A stretch of 64,000 nt of DNA from Nitrospirota bacterium (lineage in GTDB: Bacteria > Nitrospirota > Thermodesulfovibrionia > UBA6902), in the NCBI GenBank assembly GCA_016207885.1, contig JACQZE010000027.1:11944-75943 (forward strand). The letters run 5' to 3'. The notes beneath the pieces are model-generated. The model ran no database searches. It was not told where the DNA came from and saw nothing but the letters and a program-made list of their open reading frames with translations. Below, piece after piece: positions 8,401 to 18,164 of the stretch (positions are counted from its first letter, which is position 1; every line of letters begins with the position of its first letter). Both the position numbers and the translations under genes were made by a program.

Positions 8401-10724
8401 CAGGAGAGCAATATCAGCTCGGTTATGATCCGGGAACTGGCTTTATAAAGGCAAATGTTTCAAAGGCAACGTCAATACATTTCGGTTACAAACATTATGC
8501 CGCCTACCAGAATAACGGAGTGTGGAAAGGAGGCAAGTTCTGCTGGGACTGTCACGACCCGCACGGAGACAGCAATATATACATGATACAGAGCAAGGTT
8601 GCCACAGAGACGGACGGCACTTTCGGAATTCCCGTCACAAGGCGTGACGTCTCGTTCACAAGAAAACAGAGCGGCCTTGATTATGCAAAAACGTCTGCTC
8701 CGTACAACGGTATTTGCAATGTATGTCATTCAGAGACAGGGCAGCATTACCGCTTTGATTATGGAGACGGACATAATGCAGGCAGGATCTGTACGACGTG
8801 CCATGAACACAGGTTCACTGATAGCCATGCGTCAGGCAAAGCATGCAATACCTGTCATCTGAATAAACCGGTTCCAAGGCACACGGCTTTCGGCCTGCCA
8901 AGAGATTGCACAAAATGCCATAACGGTACTATCAGCGGCCGCATGGATATTATGGGGCAATTCAGGGCGAATTCGCATCATGTGCAGGGTGATAAAGTTA
9001 CTAACAAACATTGCTACGCCTGTCATTGGGAGGCTACGGAGCTTGGGCTTATAAACATGGATTATCATTCTGGCTATAATTATAAAACACATGAACGTGC
9101 TTCCGGCAGAGAGGTGAACCTCGTAATTTGGGGCTCTGGACAGAGGCCCACAACATACACTGAAGGAACTACTGCGGCAACATTCACGGCAAACAAGGTT
9201 GGTACGGTTGACGAGAGGGCGGAGGTGTCAAAGGTAACACAGGCTTGTCTGGGCTGTCACAGTGATCAGAACAAGACAATACAGCCCTTTAATATTGTGG
9301 ATCCTGACAACGGCGACTGCAAGACACCGATACAATATGCGTGGGACAGGCAGAGCATTGCTGCAAGATATTCTCAGACAGGCACAGCTACATGGGGCAA
9401 ATACACATCTATGGCAAATGCCGCAAAGAAAAACATAACCAAGGCATATTCCGCACACGGCAATGCGGTCAATAACCAGGGCGGATGGGATGCGGCAACA
9501 GGTCTGGACGATACGATCCCGAATACAAGGAATGGAAGCCAAAATGTCCAATGTTTTGACTGTCACAGTTCTCACGGCTCAAAGGTCTCGGGAGTTACAT
9601 CAAGTTACAAGACATTCAACGGCACTAATAACGGGGCAAACCTGAAAGAGACGCAGGCAGGCAAGGGCGGCTACAGCATGACCTATAAAGCTCAGGCAAA
9701 TACCTCGGGTGTGAACCCGTACAATGCAGGAGCAGGACAATGCTTTGACTGTCATGAGACGCAGACATCAGGCGCAAAACCCTGGGGCTACGGATCAACC
9801 TTCGGGGCAACCGCGCCTATTCTTGGATATAAGGATACGCCACGTTTCGGACAGGGCACAAAAGGTTCCACTGCAAGATATACATACAGAGCGAACAAGA
9901 CGACCATTGTAGGCGGACACTTTAAGGCGTCTTCTGAATTAACCAGCCCGGCGATGGGCACGATCAACGGGTTATGCACTCCATGCCATGACCCACACGG
10001 AGTAAGCCCGACCATAGGAACCAACCAGCAATACGCATTGCCCATGCTTAAAGGCACATGGCTTACATCGCCATACAGGGAAGACGTTACGCCGATGGAC
10101 AAGAACGGATATAGCGGCAAGAGCGGTTTCTATAATTACTACAATTCATGGAGCGGGTCTTATCCAAGGCCGTATGGTCAGCAATCCGATCCGCAGCCAC
10201 TCGGTTCATGGAATACCGACAGGAATACTTTCAATACTGTTGACTTGAGCAATAAGGGAAATGTCCCTGACAGTACATATGGCAGGATAAGCGAAGATGA
10301 AAGCAAGTTCGCCGGGCTGTGCCTGATATGCCATTCGAAATCCAATCTGACCGACGGTATTAACAAGAATACCGCGTTCAGGACCAAAGACAGGATACAC
10401 GAATCTGTCAAGGGATGGGGATCCAACGGCGAGCATTCGTATCCATGCTCAAAGTGTCACCAGCCGCACAGCTCCGGCCTGCCGAGACTGCTTCAGACGA
10501 ACTGTCTCGATTATAAGCACAGGGGCAGGGTAGCCTCCGGAGGGCTTCCTTATGCATACGATGTTTCATGGTCTTACGAAAACGAGTATGGCAGATTCCC
10601 TTACGGCTGGTGGGATGACGGATATAGCACATACAGTACAGCCATATGTCATGGCGCTGCAACCGCCAACGGTTCAGCCGGGTGGCCTGACAACCAGAAG
10701 TGGAACAATGTAACGCCATGGTGA
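5439..10724 (+). CDS. Giant multiheme c-type cytochrome (about 38 heme-binding motifs), secreted or outer-surface
   Basis: 1761 aa with an N-terminal signal/anchor (MRNYNKIKLTVIASGLLLMIAITAYA). I count about 32 CxxCH motifs (CTTCH, CRSCH, CSTCH, CEVCH, CNVCH, CKVCH, CASCH, CEKCH, CDSCH, CYYCH, CNTCH, CDNCH, CTTCH, CFTCH, CWYCH, CIYCH, CLNCH, CLKCH, CNQCH, CWDCH, CNVCH, CTTCH, CNTCH, CTKCH, CYACH, CLGCH, CFDCH x2, CTPCH, CLICH, CSKCH and others). There are two CxxxCH motifs (CTMACH, CVAVCH) and four CxxxxCH motifs, each followed about 25-30 aa later by a CxxCH (CSNIYCH…CASCH; CTSTYCH…CDSCH; CDNIYCH…CNTCH; CSNTACH…CFTCH). This is the Geobacter-type GSu_C4xC__C2xCH domain pattern. Confidence 0.92.
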   Translation: MRNYNKIKLTVIASGLLLMIAITAYALDYPHSPANYYDCTTCHDFYSTNPYLMTDWTGDYVMQDDDDTPVNHLCRSCHYGGGPAAAHNVHSYLGVGYATSASSPYGGWQVQCSTCHNPHYQEQFSKYRTTADQYWVVKLLVDTVTVSATSSTLKAQGTPNWTNDAYKDMKVFPNINAKYPVAYKITGNTSDTLTIKGQVTGASSGNTFAIIYGRLIRGQISLGRIINPLNAKSGFKAVKFFRDSDNNSFSDGNGVYDGVCEVCHTETQHFQNDGSSPNQNHTNIGAVAGTDCTMACHTAEAGFRPSCNVCHGYPPVVNTATGAPDGLANNPAVTGSITAGAHNKHVNIKSFSCKVCHNGSAGSGSTHVNNNVTIGFSLFDGAYPGGSYDGQTTVDYDSSSVNTSVSNSGSKTCSNIYCHGRLPDGTIWGGGAGTTPQWDGSAACASCHDTGGSQSALSGKHRKHTDESTYAFACEKCHYETASGSSSIRNEAYHANNTKDLVFAKGGSFDSGIKSCTSTYCHSNAGGGPPNVSVKWTDAASMQCDSCHNGRTGVETLEMISNGHARLVSSQWVRRFPCYYCHDNTVDTSDNLKDYSRHLNETKDIAIASNWNITGKPAPSYNADTKVCDNIYCHSDGTTVDPQVRPFPWTQGHAKCNTCHGHEQGTCSTCHNDGRTGWPAGQEWKSAMPMYTNTGAGTENANTHKRHLLTDFNCDNCHANTIANGTCTTCHNGGTPQGSMDEVNHINPAYHVNKVKDVVFKNGGTYNQVNKTCSNTACHTGSDPQWGDSVNNLVLCFTCHGVSGADVDDFTKFNSTRAKINLTEWETTGHGRPSSAGNYTSGNPPANFPGNPCWYCHDNNVLHNDSSNPFRLKQHQQFASRFEKECIYCHMEGQDAECLNCHNASNSLAPQLSTITDPPFSQDHSEYTNGQTSCVAVCHATDEQRHKTGAGLWTAEQKVDIKNQYVMMGVCLKCHDDDSNGKCNQCHTGEQYQLGYDPGTGFIKANVSKATSIHFGYKHYAAYQNNGVWKGGKFCWDCHDPHGDSNIYMIQSKVATETDGTFGIPVTRRDVSFTRKQSGLDYAKTSAPYNGICNVCHSETGQHYRFDYGDGHNAGRICTTCHEHRFTDSHASGKACNTCHLNKPVPRHTAFGLPRDCTKCHNGTISGRMDIMGQFRANSHHVQGDKVTNKHCYACHWEATELGLINMDYHSGYNYKTHERASGREVNLVIWGSGQRPTTYTEGTTAATFTANKVGTVDERAEVSKVTQACLGCHSDQNKTIQPFNIVDPDNGDCKTPIQYAWDRQSIAARYSQTGTATWGKYTSMANAAKKNITKAYSAHGNAVNNQGGWDAATGLDDTIPNTRNGSQNVQCFDCHSSHGSKVSGVTSSYKTFNGTNNGANLKETQAGKGGYSMTYKAQANTSGVNPYNAGAGQCFDCHETQTSGAKPWGYGSTFGATAPILGYKDTPRFGQGTKGSTARYTYRANKTTIVGGHFKASSELTSPAMGTINGLCTPCHDPHGVSPTIGTNQQYALPMLKGTWLTSPYREDVTPMDKNGYSGKSGFYNYYNSWSGSYPRPYGQQSDPQPLGSWNTDRNTFNTVDLSNKGNVPDSTYGRISEDESKFAGLCLICHSKSNLTDGINKNTAFRTKDRIHESVKGWGSNGEHSYPCSKCHQPHSSGLPRLLQTNCLDYKHRGRVASGGLPYAYDVSWSYENEYGRFPYGWWDDGYSTYSTAICHGAATANGSAGWPDNQKWNNVTPW

Positions 10725-10792
10725 TGAAAACAGGGGTTGGTGAAATGAAAAAAATCAGAGAAGAAGTGAAGAAGACATGGAGTGAGGGAGTG

Positions 10793-13700
10793 ATGAAATA
10801 CCGTCATTCCTGCAGTCTGTTGAGCGGGAATCCAGTAGCATCCTATCTTTTCACTTTAATTGTATTTGTGATCATTTCAACGCTTGTTCTGCCATATTAT
10901 GCCCACGCTGCAGGCGGAGACGTTATCTGGCAGTACGGGGATACGCCGCAGGCTGGGAAGCAGGAAGCCGGGGCGATGATAGTGGACTCAGCAGGCAACA
11001 CTATCATAACAGGGGCGTCGAATCAGTCGGGAAATGATGATTATTACACGGTAATGATCAAGGCTGACGGCACCGGAGTATTATGGAGCAAAGTATATGA
11101 CAAGGCATCCGGAGACGACCATGCTACTGCAATAACGGTTGATTCGGATAGCAACGTAATAGTGACAGGATATGTATGGAACGGGTCAAACTATGATTAT
11201 CACACTATCAAATACAAAGGCAGTGACGGCACAGTTTTGTGGCAGCACACGTTTAACGCGGCAGTAAACGGTAACGATTATGCGACATCGGTAACGGTGG
11301 ACAGCCTGAACAATGTCTATGTCGGCGGTAATTCTCAGGGAAGCAACGGGGCAGATAACTGCATGATAGTCAAATATGGCTCAGGCGGGCCCAATCCCGA
11401 CAGCACGCCGATATGGCAGAAGAGCTATAACGGTGCGGCAAACGGTCACGACCGAATCTCATCAATAGTTGCAGGGACAAACGGCATAGCAGTAACCGGA
11501 ACCTCCCAGAACAGTACGCTGGACTTTGACATACTGACGGTCAAATACGGATTTGACAGCACATTAACTTGGGAGAAGAGGAAATCCGTATCAGGAGATG
11601 ACAGGGGCGTTTCGGTGAGTATGGACAGTTTGGGCAATGTGATCATGACCGGTTATGTATACAATGGGGCGAACAAAGACATATACACGGCAAAATACAA
11701 TTCCTCCAATGGGAATATACTGTGGGAGACGACCTACAGCGGTGGGTATGATGAAGAGCCTGAGGACCTGTGGGTTGATTCTTCAGGCAATGCATACGTA
11801 GCGGGCAATACATTTACCATAGGAGGGACAAACGATATTTACACAGCAGGATATGCTTCAGGCGACGGCACACAGCTATGGGATGAAATTTTCAATTCCG
11901 ACAACAGCAACAGCGATAAGGCAGTATGCATATCAGGAGACAATGCCGGGAGCATATTTGTGACAGGTGACACTTATAATGAAGTCTCAGCCAATTATGA
12001 TTATCAGACACTAAAGTACACGGCCGGCGGCGGAACTCTCCTGTGGCAGAAGAGCTTTAATGGCACAGCTGACAAGAGCGACCGTGTAGCTGGCGTAGGG
12101 TTGACAGCGGCAGGAGCATCCATAGTCGGCGGCTGGACAGACAAGTGGACGAGCGGTGCTACGGACTATGACTATTACGCAATCAAATACGCCCCCGGGC
12201 TTATAAACCCGCCTACCGAAATGGCAGTGACAACTGTATCGAATTCAGAGATTGCCCTTGCATGGACTGACAACTCATCAAACGAGGACGGGTTCAAGAT
12301 AGAGCGGAAGATAGGAGAGTTGGGGACTTATTCACAGATAGCCACAGTAGGGGCAAGCGTTACGACATACAATAATACAGCCCTGACTGCAGATACGAAA
12401 TACTACTACAGGGTTAAGGCATACAATGCGGCCAATGGGGACTCACAGTACAGCAACGAAGATTACGCGGTAACAACGGTTTATTCGTACACCTATCCTG
12501 TCTGGAGTTACATATACAACGGGGCAGACAACGGCGACGATTTCATCAATGCAACGGCAGCCGGTTCTGACAACCACCCGGCAGTAACAGGATACAGTTA
12601 TTCAACTGCGGGGCAATTTGATTATTACACCGTAAAGCTCAACAGGCAGGACAATAGCCTGATATGGGATGTAAGGTATGACAGCGACCAGAACGATCTT
12701 GACGTGGCAAAAACGATTGCAGTGGATAACAATAACAATGTTATCGTATCGGGTTATTCATATCTTTACAGCGCGCAGTCTGGCGAAAACACCAATGATA
12801 TCTACACCATCAAATATCCGTCAACCGGCAGTCCTGAAGACTGGGCTGATCAATACAACGGCCCTGCCGGTGATGATGACCGATCAAGTGTGGTGGACGT
12901 ATCAACCGACGGGAATAATAATTATGCGGTAGTCGGGTACGGCAAGAACGCATCATCGAATGATGACATATATGTAATCAAATATCTTAACAACGGAACA
13001 CGCGCATGGGCGGCAGCCCCTTATGACGGAGGCGGCAATGACTATCCTTCTGCTGTTTCATTTGACTCAGCAGGCAATATATTCATGACCGGTTACAGAT
13101 TCAACGGTGCCAACTATGACTACTTTGCCGCGAAATACAACGGCAGCACTGGAACTATAATATGGTCGGATATATACAACGGGGCCGGGAATGGTAATGA
13201 CTTCACCCGTTCATTAGCGGTCGACTCATCAGGCAACTTCTATGTCACGGGTATTGCGGTAACTGGTTCCGGCAATGAAGATTTTGTAACCATCAAATAC
13301 AATGGAGCAACCGGTGAGCAAATGTGGGTACGCACAATGAACGGGCCTGCAAACGGTGTTGACGAGGCGATAAGCGTAAAGGTTGATCCTGTGAACGGTC
13401 AGGCAGCGGTAGCAGGAACAGTTCTTACCGCCACTGGCAATAACGACTTCCATATAATCAGGTACGACGCGGATGGCAACGTGTTCTGGGAGAGAACGGT
13501 TGACAGGCCGGCAAGCGATGATTTCGTGACAGCAGCGGCAATGGATCGTTCAGGCAATTTACATGTAACGGGCTATTCAAACAACGGGGCCAACACTGAC
13601 ATCCTCTCTGTTTGGTACAACACTGAAGGCGCATTCAACGGAGGCACGACATACAACGGAGCATCAAACGGAAACGATGAAGCGTCATCAATCGCAGTAA

Positions 13701-16700
13701 ACAACATGGGTGAACCCTTCATCGGTGGATATACGACAAATGCAGGCGGCAATGCAGATTATATAGTATTAAAAGTGACAGGCTATCAGCTGCAGCCGCC
13801 TGTGCCGCTTAACGCCGTGCCTTCATATACGACAGTTGACATCACATGGACTGACAACTCGCTTATTGAAGACGGCTATTATCTTGAGAGAAAGGTCGGG
13901 GGATGTGATTCAGAGAACCCGTGGGCGCTGATATATACTGCAGCCGCAAACGCCGTTTCATATTCCGATACGCTACTGAACACAGGCAGCCAGTACTGTT
14001 ACAGGGTGCAGGCGTACAGGAACAACGGGGAGTCATCAGTGTGGACAGAGAAGGCCACGACCACACTGACCCCTTCAGCGCCGGGCGGGCTTTCCGCAAC
14101 AGCGGTAAACTCCACGCAGATTGATCTTGCATGGACCGATAACACCAATGCAGAGGACGGTTTCAGGATAGAGAGGTGCAGCGGAGCAGGGTGCAGCAAT
14201 TTCATAGAACTGACTACGGTATCGGCAAACACCATAACATATCAGGACATTTCGGTATGCAAGGCAACTGCATACAGTTACCGGGTAGTTGCATACAAGA
14301 CAGGAGAGTGGGAAAGCGTATACAGCGGTACAGCATCAGCAACAACGGCAAATCCGTCAGCGCCCGGAAGCTTTGCGGCAATGAGGAATTCAGAGGTGCA
14401 GATCAACCTCTCATGGACTGACACAACATCCGATGAGACGGGCTTCAAAATAGACAGATGCACAGGGGCGGGATGTTCAGATTTTGCAGAGCTGACTTCT
14501 GTCGCAGCTGGCACGACGACCTATAACAACGCAGGACTTGATTATGGGACAACGTATACATACAGAGTCAGGGCATATAAGACAGCGGCATGCACATGGG
14601 AGACTACGAGCGGGACGGCTGCGGCAACGACAAGCATTTCAGCGCCGTCAGGCCTGACATCAAGCTCTCCAAACTCAACACAGATCAATCTGAACTGGAC
14701 GGACAACACTGCAAGCGAGACTGGTTTTAAGATCGAAAGATGTTCGGGAGCCGGATGCAGTGACTTTGTGGAGATAACAACTGTAGCAGCAGACACAGTT
14801 GCCTACCTGGACACAACAGTATGTGATTCGACGAGCTATAGTTACAGAGTGAGGGCGTACAAGACGAGTGAATGGGATTCAGGCTACAGCGGCACAATAT
14901 CAAGAGCAACCGGGACGCCTTCGGCTCCTGGCGGCCTTGGAACCTCCAGCGCGACAGAGGTAAAGCTGACTCTTGGATGGACAGATAACACTTCAGATGA
15001 GACCGGCTTCAGGATAGAACGTTGCACAGGGGCCGGATGCAGCGACTTTGCAGAGATTACCTCTGTTGCGGCAAACACTACAACATATAACAATACCGGA
15101 CTTGCTCCGTCAACGACATATAGTTACCGTATTAGAGCTTACAAAGACGCAACATGCAATGGCGGCTGGAATACGGCTTACAGCAGCACTGCCACGGGGA
15201 TCACAACAACTGTTCCGCCTCCAAGCGGATTGACTGCAACCGCAGCCAACACAACACAGGTGAATCTTGCATGGACTGACAACACAGGTTCAGAGACAGG
15301 ATTCAAGGTGGAAAAATGCACAGGCGCGGGATGCAGTGATTTTGCAGAGCTGGCAAAAACAGCCCAGAACACAGCCGCGTACTCTGACACATCTGCCTGC
15401 TCCGAAACTTCATACAGGTACAGAGTGAGGGCGATTAAAGAGCTGTTCACCAGTCCTGGCGGCAGTTGCTGGAGCAAGCGCGCCCCTATGACAATTACAA
15501 ACTTTCAGGCCGATTATCAGATACCAATCACAGTGACATATGACGCTGATATGCAGCCTGATTTTGACGACATACGCTTCTACGACGCGACTTCCTTTAC
15601 GGAGCTTCCTTACTGGATAGAAAGTAAGACAGACAGCGTGAACGCTACTGCCTGGATAAAGACCGGGGCCAATAACAACATCTATATGTACTACGGCAAT
15701 CCTAACGCTGCAAGCTCAAGCAACGGAAGCAATGTCTTTGAGTTCTTTGATAATTTTACAGGCTCGGTAATTGACACAAACAAGTGGGCCGAGATTGACC
15801 CGAACAATTCTATCTCACAGAACAACGACCTCATACTTAACGACGTGAGCGATGCATGGGACAAGGCGCTTATATCGAAACAGACCTTTGCCAGGGCTGC
15901 AACCAAAAAGATTTACGCAAAGCTTTATATACCGGTTGACACAGCGGGCAATAACCATTTCATGGTGGGATGGGAGTTGAATCAGACCTCTAACGCGAGC
16001 TACAACCAATTAGTGCATGGATTTTACTGGAATAATTATATGTTGAATACTTATGAGAAAGGCGGTCAAACCGGGCCGAATACACAGGCATATACGGCGA
16101 GTACGGAATATGAGATGAAAGTTGAACTCAAGGCAACCGGCGCCAAGTATTATATCAAAGGCGGGGCCTACGGCAGTTGGACGCTGGTGAAAGATACCTC
16201 GGCGTATTCGGATGCAACGCTGAGGATTGCCTTTACACAATATTCGCATCAGGCAAATATTCATTTCATCACAGTGCAGAAATATGCGGCGACTGATCCT
16301 TCATTATCCTTTGGCGCAGAGGAAGGCTCCGGCTGTTATGTGTTTGACAATACATGGGAGACTTTGCCGAGCAATGAAGCTGCGGTATCCACAGCCTCTG
16401 TCTCTGCCCCGGTGCTCTCAACAACAAGCGTGGGAGATGTATTTGTAAATCTCTCATGGACGGACACGACAACTGACGAGACAGGCTTTGTGCTTGAAAG
16501 ATGCGCCGGAGCAGGGTGCAGCGACTTTGCGCAGATTGCCGTGCCAGGCGCTGATGTAACTGTTTACAGCGATACTGGGCGGACTCTTGGCGAAACTTAC
16601 AGCTACCGCATTAAAGCATACAAGACGGCAACATGCGGCTGGGACACGGCATACAGCAACGTCAGAACAGAGACGACGATTGTTGTGCCTCCCTCAGGGC

Positions 16701-18118
16701 TGACGGCAACAACGGCAAGTACAACACAGTTAAACCTTGAATGGTCTGACAATACCGGCTCTGAGACAGGTTTTAAGGTGGAAAGATGCAGCGGCACGGG
16801 ATGCAGCGATTTTGCAGAGATAGCTTCTGTTGCGGCAAATACAGTTACATATCAGGACACCTCGGTGTGCAATACAACAAGCTACAGCTATAGGGTGAAG
16901 GCGTACAAGGCAGCCGCATGGGATTCAGGCTACAGCAGCACAGCGTCAGCCTCAACTTCTGTTCCCGGGGCTCCTGTGCTTTCAGCGGCACGGATATCCG
17001 AGACACAGATAAACCTTTCATGGACGGACAATACAGCCGATGAGACCGGCTTCAAGGTCGAAAAATGCGCAGGCTCAGGCTGCACTGACTTTGTGGAAAT
17101 AGCGTCTCTTGCCGCAAATGCAGTCACATATAACAACACAGGAATTAACCCTGCTACAACATATGTTTATCGTGTGAGTGCCTACAAGACAGCAGCGTGT
17201 TCATGGTCGGCTGCAAGCAATACGCCTTCTGCGACAACGAGTATCTCTGCGCCTTCAGGCCTGACAGCTTCTGCAGTAAATTCAACACAGGCAAATCTCG
17301 GGTGGACTGACAATACGGCAAGCGAAACAGGATTTAAAATAGAAAGATGCAGCGGCGCAGGCTGCTCTGACTTTACAGAGATAGCATCAGTTGCGGCAAA
17401 CGCAGTTGCATATCAGGACACATCCGTATGCAATTCAACGAACTACAGCTACAGGGTGAAGGCCTACAAGACAGGATTATGGGATTCGAGCTACAGCAGT
17501 TCCTCATCTGCGGCAACAGCAGCTATTGCCGCGCCGGGCAGCTTTGAGGCTGTAGCAGCCACTGATACAAGCGCAGGCCTGACGTGGGCTGATAACACAA
17601 CTGACGAGACAGGTTTCAGAATCGAAAGGTGCGAGGGCGCCGGGTGTGGCAGCTTTACTGAGATAACCACCGTAACCGTTAACACGACCTCCTACAGCGA
17701 TACAGGCCTGACGCCGTCAATGAACTATTGCTACCGTGTAAGCGCGTATAAGGCGGCAACATGCAGCTGGAATACGGCATACAGCAGTGAATCATGCGAT
17801 CTGACCTTCTCGGCAAAACCGACAAGCCTGACTGCGACAGCCCTTAATTCCATGAAGGTGAAATTGGACTGGGTTGACAACTCAGATGATGAAGACGGCT
17901 TTGAAGTGGAAGTAAAGATATGGAACGGCGTATTTGTAAATATCGCAATGCTTGCTCCCAATGTAATCACCTATACGGATAACAGGAGCATAGAACCCGA
18001 TAAATCATATACATTCAGGATAAGGGCCTACAGGGGCGAGGACAAGTCGTCTTACAGCAATGAGGCATCAGCAATAACCCCTGCATATCAGCAGGGAGAT
18101 GAGACGTGCAATGAATAA
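10793..18118 (+). CDS. Giant secreted multidomain surface protein: N-terminal SBBP beta-propeller repeats, about 13 FN3 domains, and a central DUF2341 plus LamG (concanavalin-A-like) module
   Basis: The ORF is open from 10700, with in-frame ATGs at 10724 (overlapping the cytochrome stop as TGATG), 10745 and 10793. The 10793 ATG (MKYRHS…YLFTLIVFVIISTLVLPYYAHA, signal-peptide-like) has a GGGAG Shine-Dalgarno. About 1000 aa of DxxGNxYVTGYxxxxxxxDYxTIKYxxxGxxxW repeats are typical of the SBBP beta-propeller repeat. FN3-like units of about 95 aa repeat (LxWTDNxxxExGFxIERCxGAGCSDFxEI…YxYRVxAYK). A central segment (…ADYQIPITVTYDADMQPDFDDIRFYD…ELPYWIE…ATAWIKTGANNNIYMYYGN) matches DUF2341 and is followed by a LamG-like region. 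The FN3 units are highly similar at the DNA level. Confidence 0.85.
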   Translation: MKYRHSCSLLSGNPVASYLFTLIVFVIISTLVLPYYAHAAGGDVIWQYGDTPQAGKQEAGAMIVDSAGNTIITGASNQSGNDDYYTVMIKADGTGVLWSKVYDKASGDDHATAITVDSDSNVIVTGYVWNGSNYDYHTIKYKGSDGTVLWQHTFNAAVNGNDYATSVTVDSLNNVYVGGNSQGSNGADNCMIVKYGSGGPNPDSTPIWQKSYNGAANGHDRISSIVAGTNGIAVTGTSQNSTLDFDILTVKYGFDSTLTWEKRKSVSGDDRGVSVSMDSLGNVIMTGYVYNGANKDIYTAKYNSSNGNILWETTYSGGYDEEPEDLWVDSSGNAYVAGNTFTIGGTNDIYTAGYASGDGTQLWDEIFNSDNSNSDKAVCISGDNAGSIFVTGDTYNEVSANYDYQTLKYTAGGGTLLWQKSFNGTADKSDRVAGVGLTAAGASIVGGWTDKWTSGATDYDYYAIKYAPGLINPPTEMAVTTVSNSEIALAWTDNSSNEDGFKIERKIGELGTYSQIATVGASVTTYNNTALTADTKYYYRVKAYNAANGDSQYSNEDYAVTTVYSYTYPVWSYIYNGADNGDDFINATAAGSDNHPAVTGYSYSTAGQFDYYTVKLNRQDNSLIWDVRYDSDQNDLDVAKTIAVDNNNNVIVSGYSYLYSAQSGENTNDIYTIKYPSTGSPEDWADQYNGPAGDDDRSSVVDVSTDGNNNYAVVGYGKNASSNDDIYVIKYLNNGTRAWAAAPYDGGGNDYPSAVSFDSAGNIFMTGYRFNGANYDYFAAKYNGSTGTIIWSDIYNGAGNGNDFTRSLAVDSSGNFYVTGIAVTGSGNEDFVTIKYNGATGEQMWVRTMNGPANGVDEAISVKVDPVNGQAAVAGTVLTATGNNDFHIIRYDADGNVFWERTVDRPASDDFVTAAAMDRSGNLHVTGYSNNGANTDILSVWYNTEGAFNGGTTYNGASNGNDEASSIAVNNMGEPFIGGYTTNAGGNADYIVLKVTGYQLQPPVPLNAVPSYTTVDITWTDNSLIEDGYYLERKVGGCDSENPWALIYTAAANAVSYSDTLLNTGSQYCYRVQAYRNNGESSVWTEKATTTLTPSAPGGLSATAVNSTQIDLAWTDNTNAEDGFRIERCSGAGCSNFIELTTVSANTITYQDISVCKATAYSYRVVAYKTGEWESVYSGTASATTANPSAPGSFAAMRNSEVQINLSWTDTTSDETGFKIDRCTGAGCSDFAELTSVAAGTTTYNNAGLDYGTTYTYRVRAYKTAACTWETTSGTAAATTSISAPSGLTSSSPNSTQINLNWTDNTASETGFKIERCSGAGCSDFVEITTVAADTVAYLDTTVCDSTSYSYRVRAYKTSEWDSGYSGTISRATGTPSAPGGLGTSSATEVKLTLGWTDNTSDETGFRIERCTGAGCSDFAEITSVAANTTTYNNTGLAPSTTYSYRIRAYKDATCNGGWNTAYSSTATGITTTVPPPSGLTATAANTTQVNLAWTDNTGSETGFKVEKCTGAGCSDFAELAKTAQNTAAYSDTSACSETSYRYRVRAIKELFTSPGGSCWSKRAPMTITNFQADYQIPITVTYDADMQPDFDDIRFYDATSFTELPYWIESKTDSVNATAWIKTGANNNIYMYYGNPNAASSSNGSNVFEFFDNFTGSVIDTNKWAEIDPNNSISQNNDLILNDVSDAWDKALISKQTFARAATKKIYAKLYIPVDTAGNNHFMVGWELNQTSNASYNQLVHGFYWNNYMLNTYEKGGQTGPNTQAYTASTEYEMKVELKATGAKYYIKGGAYGSWTLVKDTSAYSDATLRIAFTQYSHQANIHFITVQKYAATDPSLSFGAEEGSGCYVFDNTWETLPSNEAAVSTASVSAPVLSTTSVGDVFVNLSWTDTTTDETGFVLERCAGAGCSDFAQIAVPGADVTVYSDTGRTLGETYSYRIKAYKTATCGWDTAYSNVRTETTIVVPPSGLTATTASTTQLNLEWSDNTGSETGFKVERCSGTGCSDFAEIASVAANTVTYQDTSVCNTTSYSYRVKAYKAAAWDSGYSSTASASTSVPGAPVLSAARISETQINLSWTDNTADETGFKVEKCAGSGCTDFVEIASLAANAVTYNNTGINPATTYVYRVSAYKTAACSWSAASNTPSATTSISAPSGLTASAVNSTQANLGWTDNTASETGFKIERCSGAGCSDFTEIASVAANAVAYQDTSVCNSTNYSYRVKAYKTGLWDSSYSSSSSAATAAIAAPGSFEAVAATDTSAGLTWADNTTDETGFRIERCEGAGCGSFTEITTVTVNTTSYSDTGLTPSMNYCYRVSAYKAATCSWNTAYSSESCDLTFSAKPTSLTATALNSMKVKLDWVDNSDDEDGFEVEVKIWNGVFVNIAMLAPNVITYTDNRSIEPDKSYTFRIRAYRGEDKSSYSNEASAITPAYQQGDETCNE

Positions 18119-18164
18119 ATCTGGAATTTCTGATAATTCTTGATCAAATAAAAGGAGGTGTGAA

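Noticed and set aside
10800-18118. Highly periodic DNA repeats in the 1-5078 and 10793-18118 genes, considered as a possible CRISPR array or satellite.
   Set aside because: Repeat units are about 285-360 bp, in-frame and protein-coding (FN3 and ~120-aa domains), with no short direct repeats separated by unique spacers. No CRISPR-like structure occurs anywhere in the window.
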